A DNA stretch of 63,988 bases, counting the filler, from Streblomastix strix (lineage: Eukaryota): the NCBI GenBank assembly GCA_008636045.1. It is 4 parts of 4 records of this genome, joined end to end, with 100 filler letters (N's around TTAATTAATTAA, not from the genome) between each part and the next. Parts side by side here need not be neighbours in the genome. Positions count along the whole stretch, not along the records: positions 32,551 to 48,721 come from SNRW01000864.1; positions 48,822 to 63,988 come from SNRW01001026.1; 2 more parts are not named here. The stretch is one strand, 5' to 3'. Positions within the stretch are counted from its first letter, which is position 1. Each line of letters starts with the position of its first letter. Positions 39,501-52,203 of this stretch are shown one piece after another. A program made the position numbers and the translations under genes. The notes beneath the pieces were generated by a model that worked only from the letters and a program-made list of their open reading frames with translations, had not been told where the DNA came from and did no database searches.

Positions 39501-42500
39501 CAGAATAAACACAAATAATGGAACAAGAAGAAGAAGAGGAAGATGATGATGAAGATATAGAAGCTATGCTGGATGATGATGATGAGGAATGGAGGGAGAA
39601 AAACGAAGAAGAAGTGAATGAAGATGAAGATCAGAGTGATCTGTAGTTGGCTGCTGAGAAGAGAAGAAACGCTAAGATGCAGAACCATGGGATATAGAAG
39701 ATATAAGCGAGGTTGAGATATATACCCGCTTTCTTACTGGATCTGTTCAAGATGACTTAGAGTTATGAGATTGAAGATGAGAAGAATAAAGAAAATGAGA
39801 CTATAAAGGGAAAAAATAAAATTGGCTAAAAATCGTTTAAAATTGACACTGAGATGAAAGAAGATCGCGATTCTGAGAACTAACTGACATACATCGAGAG
39901 GAAACTTGTAGATGAAGTTGTTCTGCAAGCTCTTCTGTTCATAGAAGCTGTTTCACTCCACCCACATTCGAAAAACGAGCTTCTTCAAAGGACAGAAGCA
40001 GAAGAACTGGAACAGAAACAGAAACAGAAAATTAAGGCAATTGATAATGGATCAACAGAATAGCAATTTGATGAAGAATAAAGTGAATCAGAAGATGATG
40101 AGAATTAAGGGGATGAAAATAACAACGGAGAATAAGTACAAAAGCCAAAGAGGAGCATGAGCCGTGCTACAACACCTATTATGATGCCTTAGTAATTCAA
40201 TATTATATCTGCTGATAAAGCTTTGTACTTACCACCACCTCTGTATATCATACATTTGTAGTTGTGCTCATATAATACTTACTCACCTATATTGTCTATA
40301 TTGCTGAATACTATTATTAGAGAAGCATATTTTGTAGCAGCAAGATAAAAATTGCTCGCACAAGCTTTGTTTGCGTTAGCGAACTTAGTTACTGATGGTA
40401 TAATAATTATTATTGTTTAATTATTTAATATAAAATTAATATTTTATTTATTATAATATTTTCATATATTATAATCTTTTTCTTTTCTGTATTTTTTCAG
40501 AATTATTCAAGATAATGCTTTTATCTACAGCAGACTTAGATATCTATAAACCCAATCTAATATATCACTATAACAAATACCTTATTAACTTATCAAGAGA
40601 CTATGAGCGTTTTGCTGATCCGCAAACAGGTAATTATCAGATCTCACGTGCACCATCGCCAAGTCCATTCGGACAAAACCAGCCTTTTGGCCAATATAGC
40701 TATTAGAGTGCGCAAAACTTCAGTTAGATGATACAATACCACGATGGACTCGTCCTTGAACTAAACCAATAGAAATTCCAGCTAAAACCGCTCAGCCAAA
40801 CTTTCTCTCGCACATTAAACGCCATCCTGTGCAAATTCTCCAATCTTAACTCTGGAGCAGTAGAAGGTGGATATGAGATAATTGATTCAACACTCTAGCT
40901 TTTGGTCAATCTCGGTAACTCTGCACTGACATTAGCTCATTTTAACCCATATTGCTTGGATGAAGTCAGAGAATGGGCTGAATATTGCTTTAAATAGAAA
41001 GATGGCAATAATATTAGCTAATAAAATGCTAAAGGAAATAAATCATCTCCTGCTGTATATCTTTCGTGTGGTTACTGCCATTCAATTGCACATTCAATCT
41101 AATCATGCCCATTAATGAAATCGCATAATGAAGGAAAGAGTGAAGAATTTTATAAGAGAATTACATCATACATACAACAAAGAAAAGGAATTGCTGAAGG
41201 ATTGGAGAAAATCATTGCTGGAATTTCAATCACTTAAGGATCAGTTAGCAAAGCATTGTTGGCTGTGAGGAATCTGGGATAGAATGGTTTGTGTATAAAT
41301 ATTAATAAATATGAATTTATCCTTTTTATTTATTTATTTTTTATTTATTTATTATTATATTATGTTTTATCCACATATTTCTATTTACTCTTATTATGTT
41401 TATAGCTTCACTTAACATCGCATTGTATTCCACACAGGTTCCAATCGCAACACTACGAAAATTGTCTTAATTCACCACCGAAGATGAAAAATCGCAGGCA
41501 AATACCAATTTCATCCATGTTCTGGCTTTAGCACTGCATTCACTGCTAAATCCTCTGAAATAGTTGCAAACCAGAGATGTTGGGCCGTTTTCATTCTCTA
41601 AACTGCAATAGTGGAGGGGAGTAGGAAAACATTATGACTTATCTGAATCTAAGGATCTTGTAGCTTTAATAAATGCTATCAATCAAAACCAGACAAATGT
41701 TCCGTCAGAGGCTGGAGTCCCATAAGCATTAAATTCAGAATAGGATCAAAAATCAGAAACAGGTGGATTAAATCAACCAGAATAAAAACCTAAATTTGAC
41801 ACAAGCAGTATTATTTTCAGTGGAGATGGTGATCAATCACTCCTCAATGAGAACGAGAAAAGCAAAATATACGAAGAACAGCAAATAACCCATATTTTAC
41901 TTCTTACAGCCAAAATGCAGAAAAGAAAGAAGAAGGAGATAACACTTCTATGTTTGGAAGTCATAGCCAATATATGCACAGATAAAGATAGACTAACTCC
42001 CCAATAGAGATATTCAATCATCAAAGAGATAGCACCTTTCCTGAAAGAGGTTGTGATTGATGCTCGTGCTGAAAGAGATGGAACGGGTATTTCTGCTGGA
42101 TACACGCTCAGATTCTTGAAACTGAAAAGATCTAAGCAGTAACAAGCTCTAAGATCGTCAAACAATTTGAGTCCCCTCAAGTTCTAAAGTGCAGTTTTAA
42201 ACAGCTTGAACCTCCGAGGCATGAAGGATTTTGCAGATCAGATGAAATCTCCTGGATAGAATATAAGTGGAATGGCTCAGAATTTGGGTAATGAAATCTA
42301 ATCAAACATAACAGGTATGGCTTCAAATGTTGGGGGAATGGCATAGAACTTCTTCAGGAAAGCGAAATCTATGGGAATGCCTAAGATTGGGTAATAACTT
42401 ACTGAGCCATCACCTGATTAGATTCAGAAGCAGAAACAAGACATACAAGCACCACTTCCATTAGTATAATAAGCTCAGACAGTCAACACAAATACGTAAA

Positions 42501-45500
42501 GGATATCTTCTACTAATAAGTCTCTAGGTCGTATCTTGATGAAGACTTTGCTTCAGAGGCATGCTATTCAAGAGAGGCTCACTGCTATTTTGGCTAATCT
42601 TTCATACTTCACAGATATATACCCTTTAATTTTCTAGTCTACAATCATACTAGATCTTCTTGATTATATACGACTCTACTGCAGTTCGAGCACAGCAGAG
42701 AAGTTTGAAAAGCGGAATGAATCAAAACCAAGTGATGACCAACAAGATGATGATGAAAAGGACGAAAAATTGACTGTTCCAGAACCAATCACTGAAGAAG
42801 ACCAGCGAAATATTGAAAAAGAGTGGATTGATGCTTTTCACCCATAGATTGTGTGGAAAGATTACAAGAACTTTGGAGGATTTGAAGAGAAAGGGTAACC
42901 ATAAGATCAAATCAGGAACCGAGATTAAGAAATTGCAAGCATCAAACCAAGGTATTGGCTAGCTGTTGACAGGCCGCTGTGTGTCACACTCGGAAATGCA
43001 CAGATGGATGCCATACCATCATATGCAGCTCCATTCTGCTATGCAACTACTCCAAAGCATCCAATTGATGCTGCTCTAGCATTAGGAAACGTTTTCTTGA
43101 TTCTCTCTAATATATCCTTATCAAAGACAATTGCCAAGAATTTGCTGACGAAGTACAACTGTGGATCAATTCTGACTAACTTTGTTCAATAGGCAGTGAA
43201 ATATTCTCCACCTTTGATTCGTTATGTGGCTCATATCGGACGAAACATGATTAAACAAACTCCTAAAGAGGATGTGTCAATCTTAGTTCAAACTGGGTTA
43301 CTTGAGAGTATGGTCAATTCTGTTAATGGGATACTTCCTCCATAAGAAGACCCAGAAGCTGGAAAATATTTTGATGGAACAGTTGGAACAAAAGAAGACA
43401 CAGATAAAATGAAAAGAAAGAAAACATAATCAAAAGTTGGTGGAAAGAATAAAGGAGGTGGTCAACCAAAGATCAGCATCAATTAATTGAGGAATAATAG
43501 AGTTAAAGAAGAAGAGCAACTTTCGCAGTTATCTTTGAAACCAGCAAATCTGTTCAGTTTAGAAGAAAGGAGGATTACAAACAAATGGCCTGAATGGTAT
43601 GTCCGTGATGATGACATGATCTTCAGACTTATGTCAGTGCTTGCAAACACAACACTCGCCCCTGCGGGCAAATCTGAACTGTACCGAATAAACTCGCTTG
43701 AAGAATCAATTAAAGTTGTTAGAAACTATCAGGATTCAAACGAGGATATAACTGCGAGGTTCGCAGTGATGGTGAACAACTTGTGCATGGATCCCGTCAT
43801 TGTAGAGCAAATATTAGCAAAACATCCATTACCACCTAAATTTGATGATGATGGCAGATATATCGCTGAATTTGATGATGAACCGGAAGAAAAGAAAGAA
43901 GTGCTTCTCGATCCATCCAATAAGAAGCCTGATACTAAAACAGAAGAAGATGAAGATAAAGAAGAAGACAAAAGAGAATGGGGTTTGATTCCAACCATGA
44001 CAAGATTGCTTTTATGGTACATGAACTCAACCAATGTTCTTTCTTACTTGGTGAATGTGTTTTCGACGCTAGCTTAGCATTAACTTAGCAGAAAGATGCT
44101 TGCTAAATATGGAGCTGTGCAAGTCATCATGCGTGTTCTTCGTGAAAGAGCTTTGGAAGATGATAAAGTTCTCAAACAAACTCCTCGTTGCTTGAACAAT
44201 CTTTCTCTTGATGATGATTGTTCACTATAAATAGCACGAACTGACGGTCTTGCTCTATTAAACAGTCTTTTGCAACATCACAAAGATGATGATCCTGCAG
44301 TTGTTGCTACTTGCTGTGGAGCCATCACAAACATATCCCACATTGATTAGATCAACTTAGCTATATCAACAACTGAGCTTCCACGTACAGTCATCGAAAG
44401 TCTTGATTCCTGCATTAAACGAACTGAAGATGCTTATGACGATGATGAAAAAGATAGAAATCCAGATGCAGACAGTGAGATGATTGAAAAGATTATGTCA
44501 TCTATTGTGAACTTGACTCATGAGCAGCAGAATATCAGGATGATGGAAGAAGGAGGACTATTCAATTCAGTTGAAGAGGTGCTTCGATCTTTGATCAGAT
44601 AAGGATATTCAGAAGATGAAGATGATGATATTGAAGAGATTAAACACCTTGATCATCTGATTGCTGATAAACCAATGATCCAATGCGTACTCACGCAAAA
44701 ACTTGTAAAAGGGAGTTGCAGTATTATCCAGAACATCTTAGTTCAGGAAGATTTTGCACAATCAGTGTCAGATACATCAATTATAGAGTTATTGGTGGCA
44801 GTGATCAACTTATGCTGCAAACATCTGGAAGAGCTGATCTTCCAAGAACCAGAAGAAGGACTCAATCAACACGGAGATGAGAATGAAGATGGAGAAAAAA
44901 GAGATCCACAGCAAATTGCAGAAGATCGGATGGCTGAAATTGGAATCATTGAAGAAGCTATCAGTGCCATATATCACTTTTCTTCATATATCAATCACAG
45001 AAAGAAGGATAGTTAATAGAGTAGTGATCAATCAAAGACACCCGAAAGGAAATTTGCAGAAAGCAACTTCACCAAAGTTATGATTAGACTTATTGAAGTT
45101 GTTGAAGAATATGAAAAATTAGGAAACTCTCGTCTAGAAGACTTTGAATAAGATGATTTGAAACAGATGATTATCCTTAAAAGGAAAATTGATAACAAAG
45201 AGAATGTTGATGAAAATGCAGCATCACTCGCTGCTATGGAAGAAGAAGCACAAAGTGTCACACTCTGTCTGTTCCACAGTGCTTGCTTGTTCGATCGCTG
45301 TGTTAATATATTCCTCACAATCAGCTCCAACGAATCAGTGATGAACAGTCTTGTAACTCTTAAAAGCATCAATCTCGAATCTGCTGAATTGGGGCATGAC
45401 ATTACACTTTTACTCGATATACTCCATGATATCCAAGCAGGAAAAAGGAAAGTATCCAATGAATTACTCCAAGAAGGTGAGGAAGATGGAGACAAATCAA

Positions 45501-45610
45501 AGCGGGATATGAAAGTTATGACTAAATGGAAGCATATCCTTGTTGGTATCGAAGGTCTTAGCACAGCTGTTGAGAAAGCAAAAACACGCATGGCAAAAGC
45601 AAAAGTCTGA
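33552..45610 (+). CDS. Very large multi-exon armadillo (ARM)-repeat protein with acidic and Q-rich linkers
   Basis: ATG 33552 (MADKLVKATQTLQEAL); long TGA-free exons under TAR=Gln; ARM-like repeats, e.g. LAKYGAVQVIMRVLRE...CLNNLSLDDDCSLQIARTDGLALLNSLLQHH...CCGAITNIS; stop TGA 45608-45610. Confidence 0.85.
34978..35042 (+). repeat. 16-bp intronic minisatellite (TAATTATTT(A/G)AATA(G/A)T, ~4 copies)
   Basis: Directly visible inside an intron of the ARM gene. Confidence 0.75.
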
Positions 45611-45879
45611 ATCTGAATTCTTGAGAAGTAGCATTTCATATTTGTTTTACATATCGTCATTGTTTACCAAAAGTTTTATAACCACTGGTTGGGTTAAATA
45701 TTTATTTTATTAATGAATAAACACCTTTTTTGCTATATATTACTTTACTGTATTGAACATTTCATTTTTATTTTTATTCTACTATTCAAACTAAATTTAA
45801 AGAATTGAATTAAAAAAATTAAAAACAAATATTGAATTAATAATTGTATATTTTGCAGTTCTGATAGTTAGAAAAAAGC

Positions 45880-46750
45880 ATGAAATAGTTAATTTTAATT
45901 CTACTTTCTTTGAAATGTGGTTTAATAATAATTTAGCAAAATTTCAGAAGATAATGTTAAAATCTTCCAAGATCAGTTTAAAATTGAAGAATAGATAAGA
46001 ACTGTAAAACGGAGGATTTACTTATACAAGAACATGAAAAGTTAAATTAAATTTAACACATTTTAACTAGTATATTTTTTCTCTTAACAAATAATAGATA
46101 AAGATTGTTCCAGTGATTGCTGAATATGGAATTAGTTTTGAAAGAGAAACAATTTTTAATAGATTGAAAGTAAAGAGGGTGTCACAAATTGTAAGATAAC
46201 CAAAGAATGAAAGATGATTACCTAATACTGAATTGAAGAAGCAAATATAACGTTAAATTGATTTATTAATATAATTATGAAATTCATATAATTTTTATTT
46301 ATATTACTTTAATTTTTTAAAATATTTATAGAAATGAATGATAAATGAGAAAGTGAGTTTGACTATTTAAATATCACTTAATCAAGAACGAAATAACAGA
46401 TATTTTCAATTTCAAAGGTGAAATAAATTACATTAAATCCACAATCAAAATGAATTTAAGGAATACCAGCACTATTGTTAATTTGAATGAAGATTCTAAC
46501 AAATCTTCTAAACCCAATTAATGGTTGAGATTCATAGAAATAAGTAATAATTTAAGATTAAATATAAAGTTGCGATTATATAATGTAGAGATTCAAAGAT
46601 AAAAAGGATGGAGAAGGAAGAAAAGAAGCTATTAAAGATGGATTAATAGATGGATTCGATTTTCCATTCCAGAGTCATGAATTAAATTTAATTAACAATA
46701 AATGTTCAGAAACATTTTCCCATAATACTTATCCAACAAGTTATTAAATT
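45880..46750 (+). pseudogene. U-box domain gene pseudogene, copy B
   Basis: IKIVPVIAEYGISFERETIFNRLKVKRVSQIVRQPKNER*LPNTELKKQI (from 46098), with an internal TGA; 46055-46530 is an inverted homologue of 32551-33025. Outer limits are approximate. Confidence 0.65.
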
Positions 46751-47142
46751 TAATTACTCATTTTTGAAAAATAGTCATTCCAAGGTTTATTCCGACCTCT
46801 GGATCATTCAGGCCTTCTTGTTACTCAGTGCATTCTCTAAGGGAAAAACACGTTGCAGTTAAGAGAAGTAAGTTGCAGTTTTTAAAAAAATTGTGGGTAA
46901 AAGTCAAGAATAAATAAGAAAATAATTTTGTAAAACATGCGTATTTCTAGGCCCGAAGGGCCCAACGAGAATTTTTTTAATACCATACTTGTAATTATTA
47001 ATTTACGAATGATTTATTCAATCAATTAACACTTTTTATTATGGTTGCAAATGACATTTCCTATAAAATTCGTGGTTGGCTGGTAGCAGTTTGACTAAAA
47101 AGTTGGTGGTAGTTTGTACTAAACTTTTTACTTAGAGAAAAC

Positions 47143-48262
47143 ATGGTTGAAGCAGATGACGCAATCAATTCTATTTTCAACATAATCAATTCTAAAACTC
47201 GAGCTGCACCAATTTCATAATATTCCCATTATTTCATCTCGATAGATTATGATGGAAGAAGAAAGATCTTTGAATTATCAGAGAAGAATAAAAGCAAAGG
47301 TATTAAAAAAAATTGCAATTATTTGTATTCGTTTATTTTAATATTATAAAGACATTTAAAAAATCATTGATATTTGTAGAGATAGTATGATATCGATTTT
47401 TTTTTCGCAGCTATTCTGGTGAATTTGCAAAGAACAAATCCAGTTATATATTAAATTACCTTGCTCAAAATACTGGTATACTTAATTATTATTTAAAATA
47501 TTATATAAATTAAATCTATTTTCATGAATCAATTTCAATTGTAATTGATTTTTATTTATTTTTAGTATTATACGGGAAATAGTCAAATATGTATATCCGA
47601 AAAAGAATGAAAAAAATTATAAAAATCAACTTATGGTAATTGAACAATAAAAATTATCTATACCTAAATTGCAAGAATCAAAAGTTTTACTTCTATCTGA
47701 TGTAATAGTAAAAAAGAGAAGATAATCAAAATCGCATTTAAATAATTCTGTTTGGAATTATAGATGCAATTCTGGCTGTAATCATTTATAGAGAATTCGA
47801 TCAAATCATAATTGGATATTCATAAGTATTTTTTGAGTCTAATTGCTCCTGCAAATGTTGAAATTAAATAATAAGTATATAATAAGAATATTTTCCCTTC
47901 ATTAGTTCGTTTTTTAGATCATTCAAATATTGAGAAATTAATATTCTTAATCAAATATATCAACAATATTATTGTATTTGGAACAAATACCACCTCTGCC
48001 GCAGAATTTCACTTATACTTCAATACAATGTTAGTACGTAGTGATATTCAGAAAATATATTCTCTTTTCCAATAAAATAAAGACAAACAAACAAAAGATC
48101 GTGAAGCTTTTTGCATTGGTCAACTCTTCCAAGCTAAATAAATTACAGATAGATTGAAGCAAAATTAGAATATCAGATATTTAAAGATATTTATGTCTGA
48201 TTAAGATGAATTAACGAAAATTATTGCGAAATTTACACTTTATTTTCTTGAGTTGAATGCAG
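47143..48262 (+). pseudogene. Degenerate ARM/HEAT-like helical-repeat gene
   Basis: Internally repeated units (DAINSIFNII...KIFELSEKNKSK; INNIIVFGTNTTSA...IQKIYSLFQQNKDKQTKDREAFCIGQLFQAK), with introns and apparent frame disruptions. Confidence 0.5.
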
Positions 48263-48721
48263 GTATAAAATATATTAACGAATAGTGCAAATAATTCATG
48301 ATAATTATTTTATTTTCATTTTATGTTAATAATTCAACTAAAGCAGTGACTAAAGCAAATTGATTTAATATTCCAAAGTAATAAAAAGTTGTATAATACT
48401 TATGCTATAGTTTACTTCTAAATGGGTAAGTTTGGTTGGATTTTGACAAACAATATAATATTTTCAAATATTAATATACGTGTGTAAATTAAGAAAATGA
48501 ATGTATTTTTAATTGCTAATTCACTTTGTCCATGGAGAAACTGTATATTTTGGAAAACTCCTGTATTGAGTCTGTAAAGATTTTATTTAATATGTATATA
48601 TAATTATTTAAATTAAATGCTCAAATATAAATATTTAGAATAATTACTTAGTTATAGTAGTACAAAATAAGGCAATAAATTGAGATTTTTTTATATTTTT
48701 CAAATAAAAAAATTATTAAAA

Positions 48722-48821
48722 NNNNNNNNNNNNNNNNNNNNNNNNNNNNNNNNNNNNNNNNNNNNTTAATTAATTAANNNNNNNNNNNNNNNNNNNNNNN
48801 NNNNNNNNNNNNNNNNNNNNN
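48722..48821. other. Artificial contig linker
   Basis: 44 N + TTAATTAATTAA + 44 N. Confidence 0.97.
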
Positions 48822-50157
48822 AAATGTGATTATGAAGATTGGTAGAAAACTTTCAAATCAAAAAAAGGATTAAAAGATCACAAAAGAAATGTTCATCCAA
48901 AATTAGGAGTTGAATATAAATGTGATTTTAAAGGTTGCTTAAAATCTTACAAATATAGATAAGGATTAACTTAACATAAGAAAGAAAAACATCCAGAAAT
49001 AGAAAAAGAATATAAATGTGATTTTAAAGGTAGCTATAAAACTTTCTAATCAGAAAAAAAATTAAAAGATCATAAGAAAAATATTCATCCAGAAATTGAA
49101 AAAGAATATAAATGTGATTATGAAGGTTGCTATAAAACTTTCAAAACTGAAAGAATATTAAAAGAACATAAAAGAGATATTCATCCAGAAATAGAAAAAG
49201 AATATAAATGTGATTATGAAGGTTGCTATAAAACTTTCAAATCAAAAAAAGTATTAAAAGATCACAAAAGAAATGTTCATCCTAAAATAAGAAAAGAATA
49301 TAAATGTGATTTTAAAGGTTGCTTAAAATCTTACAAAAAAAAGATCTTCTTTAGAGAGGCATATATGGTACATCCACATAATAGGAAGGTCAAAATAAAA
49401 AATTCAAATGAAAGAAAATACATAACAAACTTAGTAATAATTAAATAAAAATAATTAAGAAACAGATAAAGGAAAAGAATTTATGATGAATTTATAAAAT
49501 AACTTATAAATTACTACTGAACATGTTACATTAATTGTTAGTAATATTGAAAATTATTTTAGTGGCATAATACGTGAGAAAGATGTTGAAAGAGCTATCA
49601 TGAAAGATTTTAAAGGTACAGAGATGACAATTAATAGTTAAGTAAAAACGAAATCGTTAAATTTAGATGGAAATAAGAAAATAGCTGATATAATTCTTGA
49701 TGATTCGATAACCGGTGTAGCTGTTGAACTTAAACGAGAAAAGAGCACTAATGTGGAAAAAATATATTCAAAATCAAAAAATGCTTAAAATTAAATTATA
49801 AGAAATGACTATTTAACATGTTTAAATGGTAAACTATAAGAATTAAAATCTTTAAGTGTAGTAGTGGTTCCAAACGTCACTTAACTACAAGTAAAGAAAA
49901 TTGATAAAGATTTAAATGGTATATTTGTTCCTAATCAATCAGTGACTTATACCCACATTCACAATAAAAATTTTAATCTTGGGTAAATTTCAAAAACATT
50001 ATGTGTATAATCTTTTCAATTTATTGAAGCCAAAAGATAAAATGAAGAAAAATTTGGCAATTTTAATATTTACTAACCATAATTTTAATTAAATATCAAT
50101 TTTCCAATTTTACATAATCTAATGATAATGAATCCTAATTATCTACTACTCTAATGA
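48822..50157 (+). CDS. Tandem C2H2 zinc-finger protein fused to a C-terminal PD-(D/E)XK nuclease-like domain (5' truncated; one frameshift)
   Basis: At least six 96-bp fingers (YKCDxxGCxKTFxxxxxLxxHxxxxH) starting at 48822, 48918, 49014, 49110, 49206 and 49302. There is one extra A in the run at 49335-49342. The downstream frame reads REKDVERAI...IADIILDDSITGVAVELK...AQNQIIRNDY and ends at TGA 50155-50157. Confidence 0.8.
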
Positions 50158-51359
50158 ATTTATAATAAGAAATTGTTTTATTTATAATTCATTTTATAAA
50201 TATTATCAAAATAATTATAATTTTAATAAAATTAATGAAAAATAGATCAAGACCTATTTTTAAAAATTTAAAATTAAATTAATTTAAATAATTATATATT
50301 TTAAATGAAAATTATTATTTATCTAATAATTTAAATTAAAAATTAATTTTTTCGATTGAATAATTCTTTTGAAATGGCTAATTTAAAGTTTTATTATTAA
50401 TAATATATATATAAAAATAAATTTAATAAAATTATATAAAAAAAATTTTATTATTATTCACGTATTTATAATTTTCATGTATTTATTACAATATATATAT
50501 AACTAATCATTTTTAACTAAAGATAAATCTTTTGGAATTCAAGTAATTTATACTTTCATTCCTTCTTAGTAGTCAATTTTAGTATAGTTGACAATACCAA
50601 TCATCGAATTCTTGACTTTATTATTAAAACTTATTTTCAAAATATCAGATAATTACTTTTCAATCATTAATTATAAAAATTATAAAATTTTGTTGGCTTA
50701 AATTTTTTCTTTGTATTTATATTATTCATGCATTTTTTTTCAATAATTACTCCATGTTCTTTGCATGATGAATCCTCTTACGATTCTTCATACTATACTG
50801 AATTTAATAAATTAACAACTTTGCCATTTAGTATTGTTTTGCTTATATATTTTATATAGATCTTTTTTTTTAATGTAATGTGTTTAATAATTGAATGAAG
50901 CTAAAACTAGAAATTTAATAATTTAATCTTATAATATATTTCTAAACCTCAAATATTTATTTAATGACTGAAAATTTTAAAATTATTTCCTTTTTATATT
51001 TTGAATTAATAAATTTTATTTCTATTTTGAAAACGAAGTTTAATTTTTATGAGAAAATTTTTATATAATCTGATTTATCTTCTAAAATAGGTTATTCTTT
51101 ATATTGACTCTTCCTATTTTTTTTTTACTAATTTATAATAAATTTTTTTAAAAAATTTAAAGTTAATTAATAAATAAAAATTTGATTTTCAAAATATTTC
51201 AATAAAAATAACTCATACGGAATTAGTTTAATTACAATTTAAATTTAATAAAGTTTAATTATTTTAAAAAATATTTTTTAAAATAATTAAAGTCGAGAAG
51301 AATATTTTGCAACTTAAATTAAATTTAAGAAAATTTAAGGTAAATAAATTTAATAATAT

Positions 51360-52203
51360 ATGAATATAGGGCTATTGCAGTAAATAAGTAACATTTGTCC
51401 TTCAAATTTACCAAATAAACTTTAGTACTTTCTTTCTACGATAGTGATTGATGAAGTGAAAGAAGTAATATGTCAATAATACAATTTATTTTAATGGAAA
51501 GAAGTTAATGAATAACAATTTGATTAAGCATATAAATTATATTAACTGTAATTAAGCATAAAAAAATCCAAAAAAATTACATTTTTCAATTCTTCTCCTG
51601 CTTAATTACTCTTTTAGATTTAAAACTGCTAAGAAAATGAAAGAAAAAATGAAGATAATGAAAATATAATAATTATAACTACTTATATATAAATTATTTT
51701 TTTTTGAAAACATACAATTTAATATAGAAAAATAATAATCGGATGAATAAAAGAGATCTGATAGAATAGTGAATGAGTTAAGCTTTTGTTATGCTGCATC
51801 TGTTTTAGAATCATTGGCTCATACTCCAGTATTCGTAACAACTTTATTTCATAAACGACTACGGAAAAATGTTGAAAGCATTTTTCATGAACTTTTGCTT
51901 ACAACTAGATTTTCAATAGTTTTGAATAAATATTATTTAAATATATTTTTTATTTGAAACTTAAAATAAAATTATTAATTGACTATTTGAATTTTTAGTT
52001 ATTTATTCAATAATCAAGACAATGATGAAGGATAAATATCTGAAAGAATATTCAAAATTTCAGATTTTTACTATATAATACGAACAAAATTTTATTTCTT
52101 TAGATTCGCATTAGAAACATTCATTCTTTTTATACGATCTCAAAATACTGTTGATTTATTTTCTTCTTCATTAATGATAAAAACGCTTATAAAAGCAGCT
52201 TGT
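51360..52203 (+). CDS. Hypothetical protein or pseudogene fragment
   Basis: ATG 51360 (MNIGLLQQISNICPSNLPNKLQYFLSTIVIDEVKE); coding-like segment ELSFCYAASVLESLAHTPVF; structure unresolved. Confidence 0.3.

Noticed and set aside
48822..49377. Regular 96-bp repeats as a possible CRISPR array
   Set aside because: The units are in-frame C2H2 finger codons with no unique spacers, there are no cas genes, and the context is eukaryotic.
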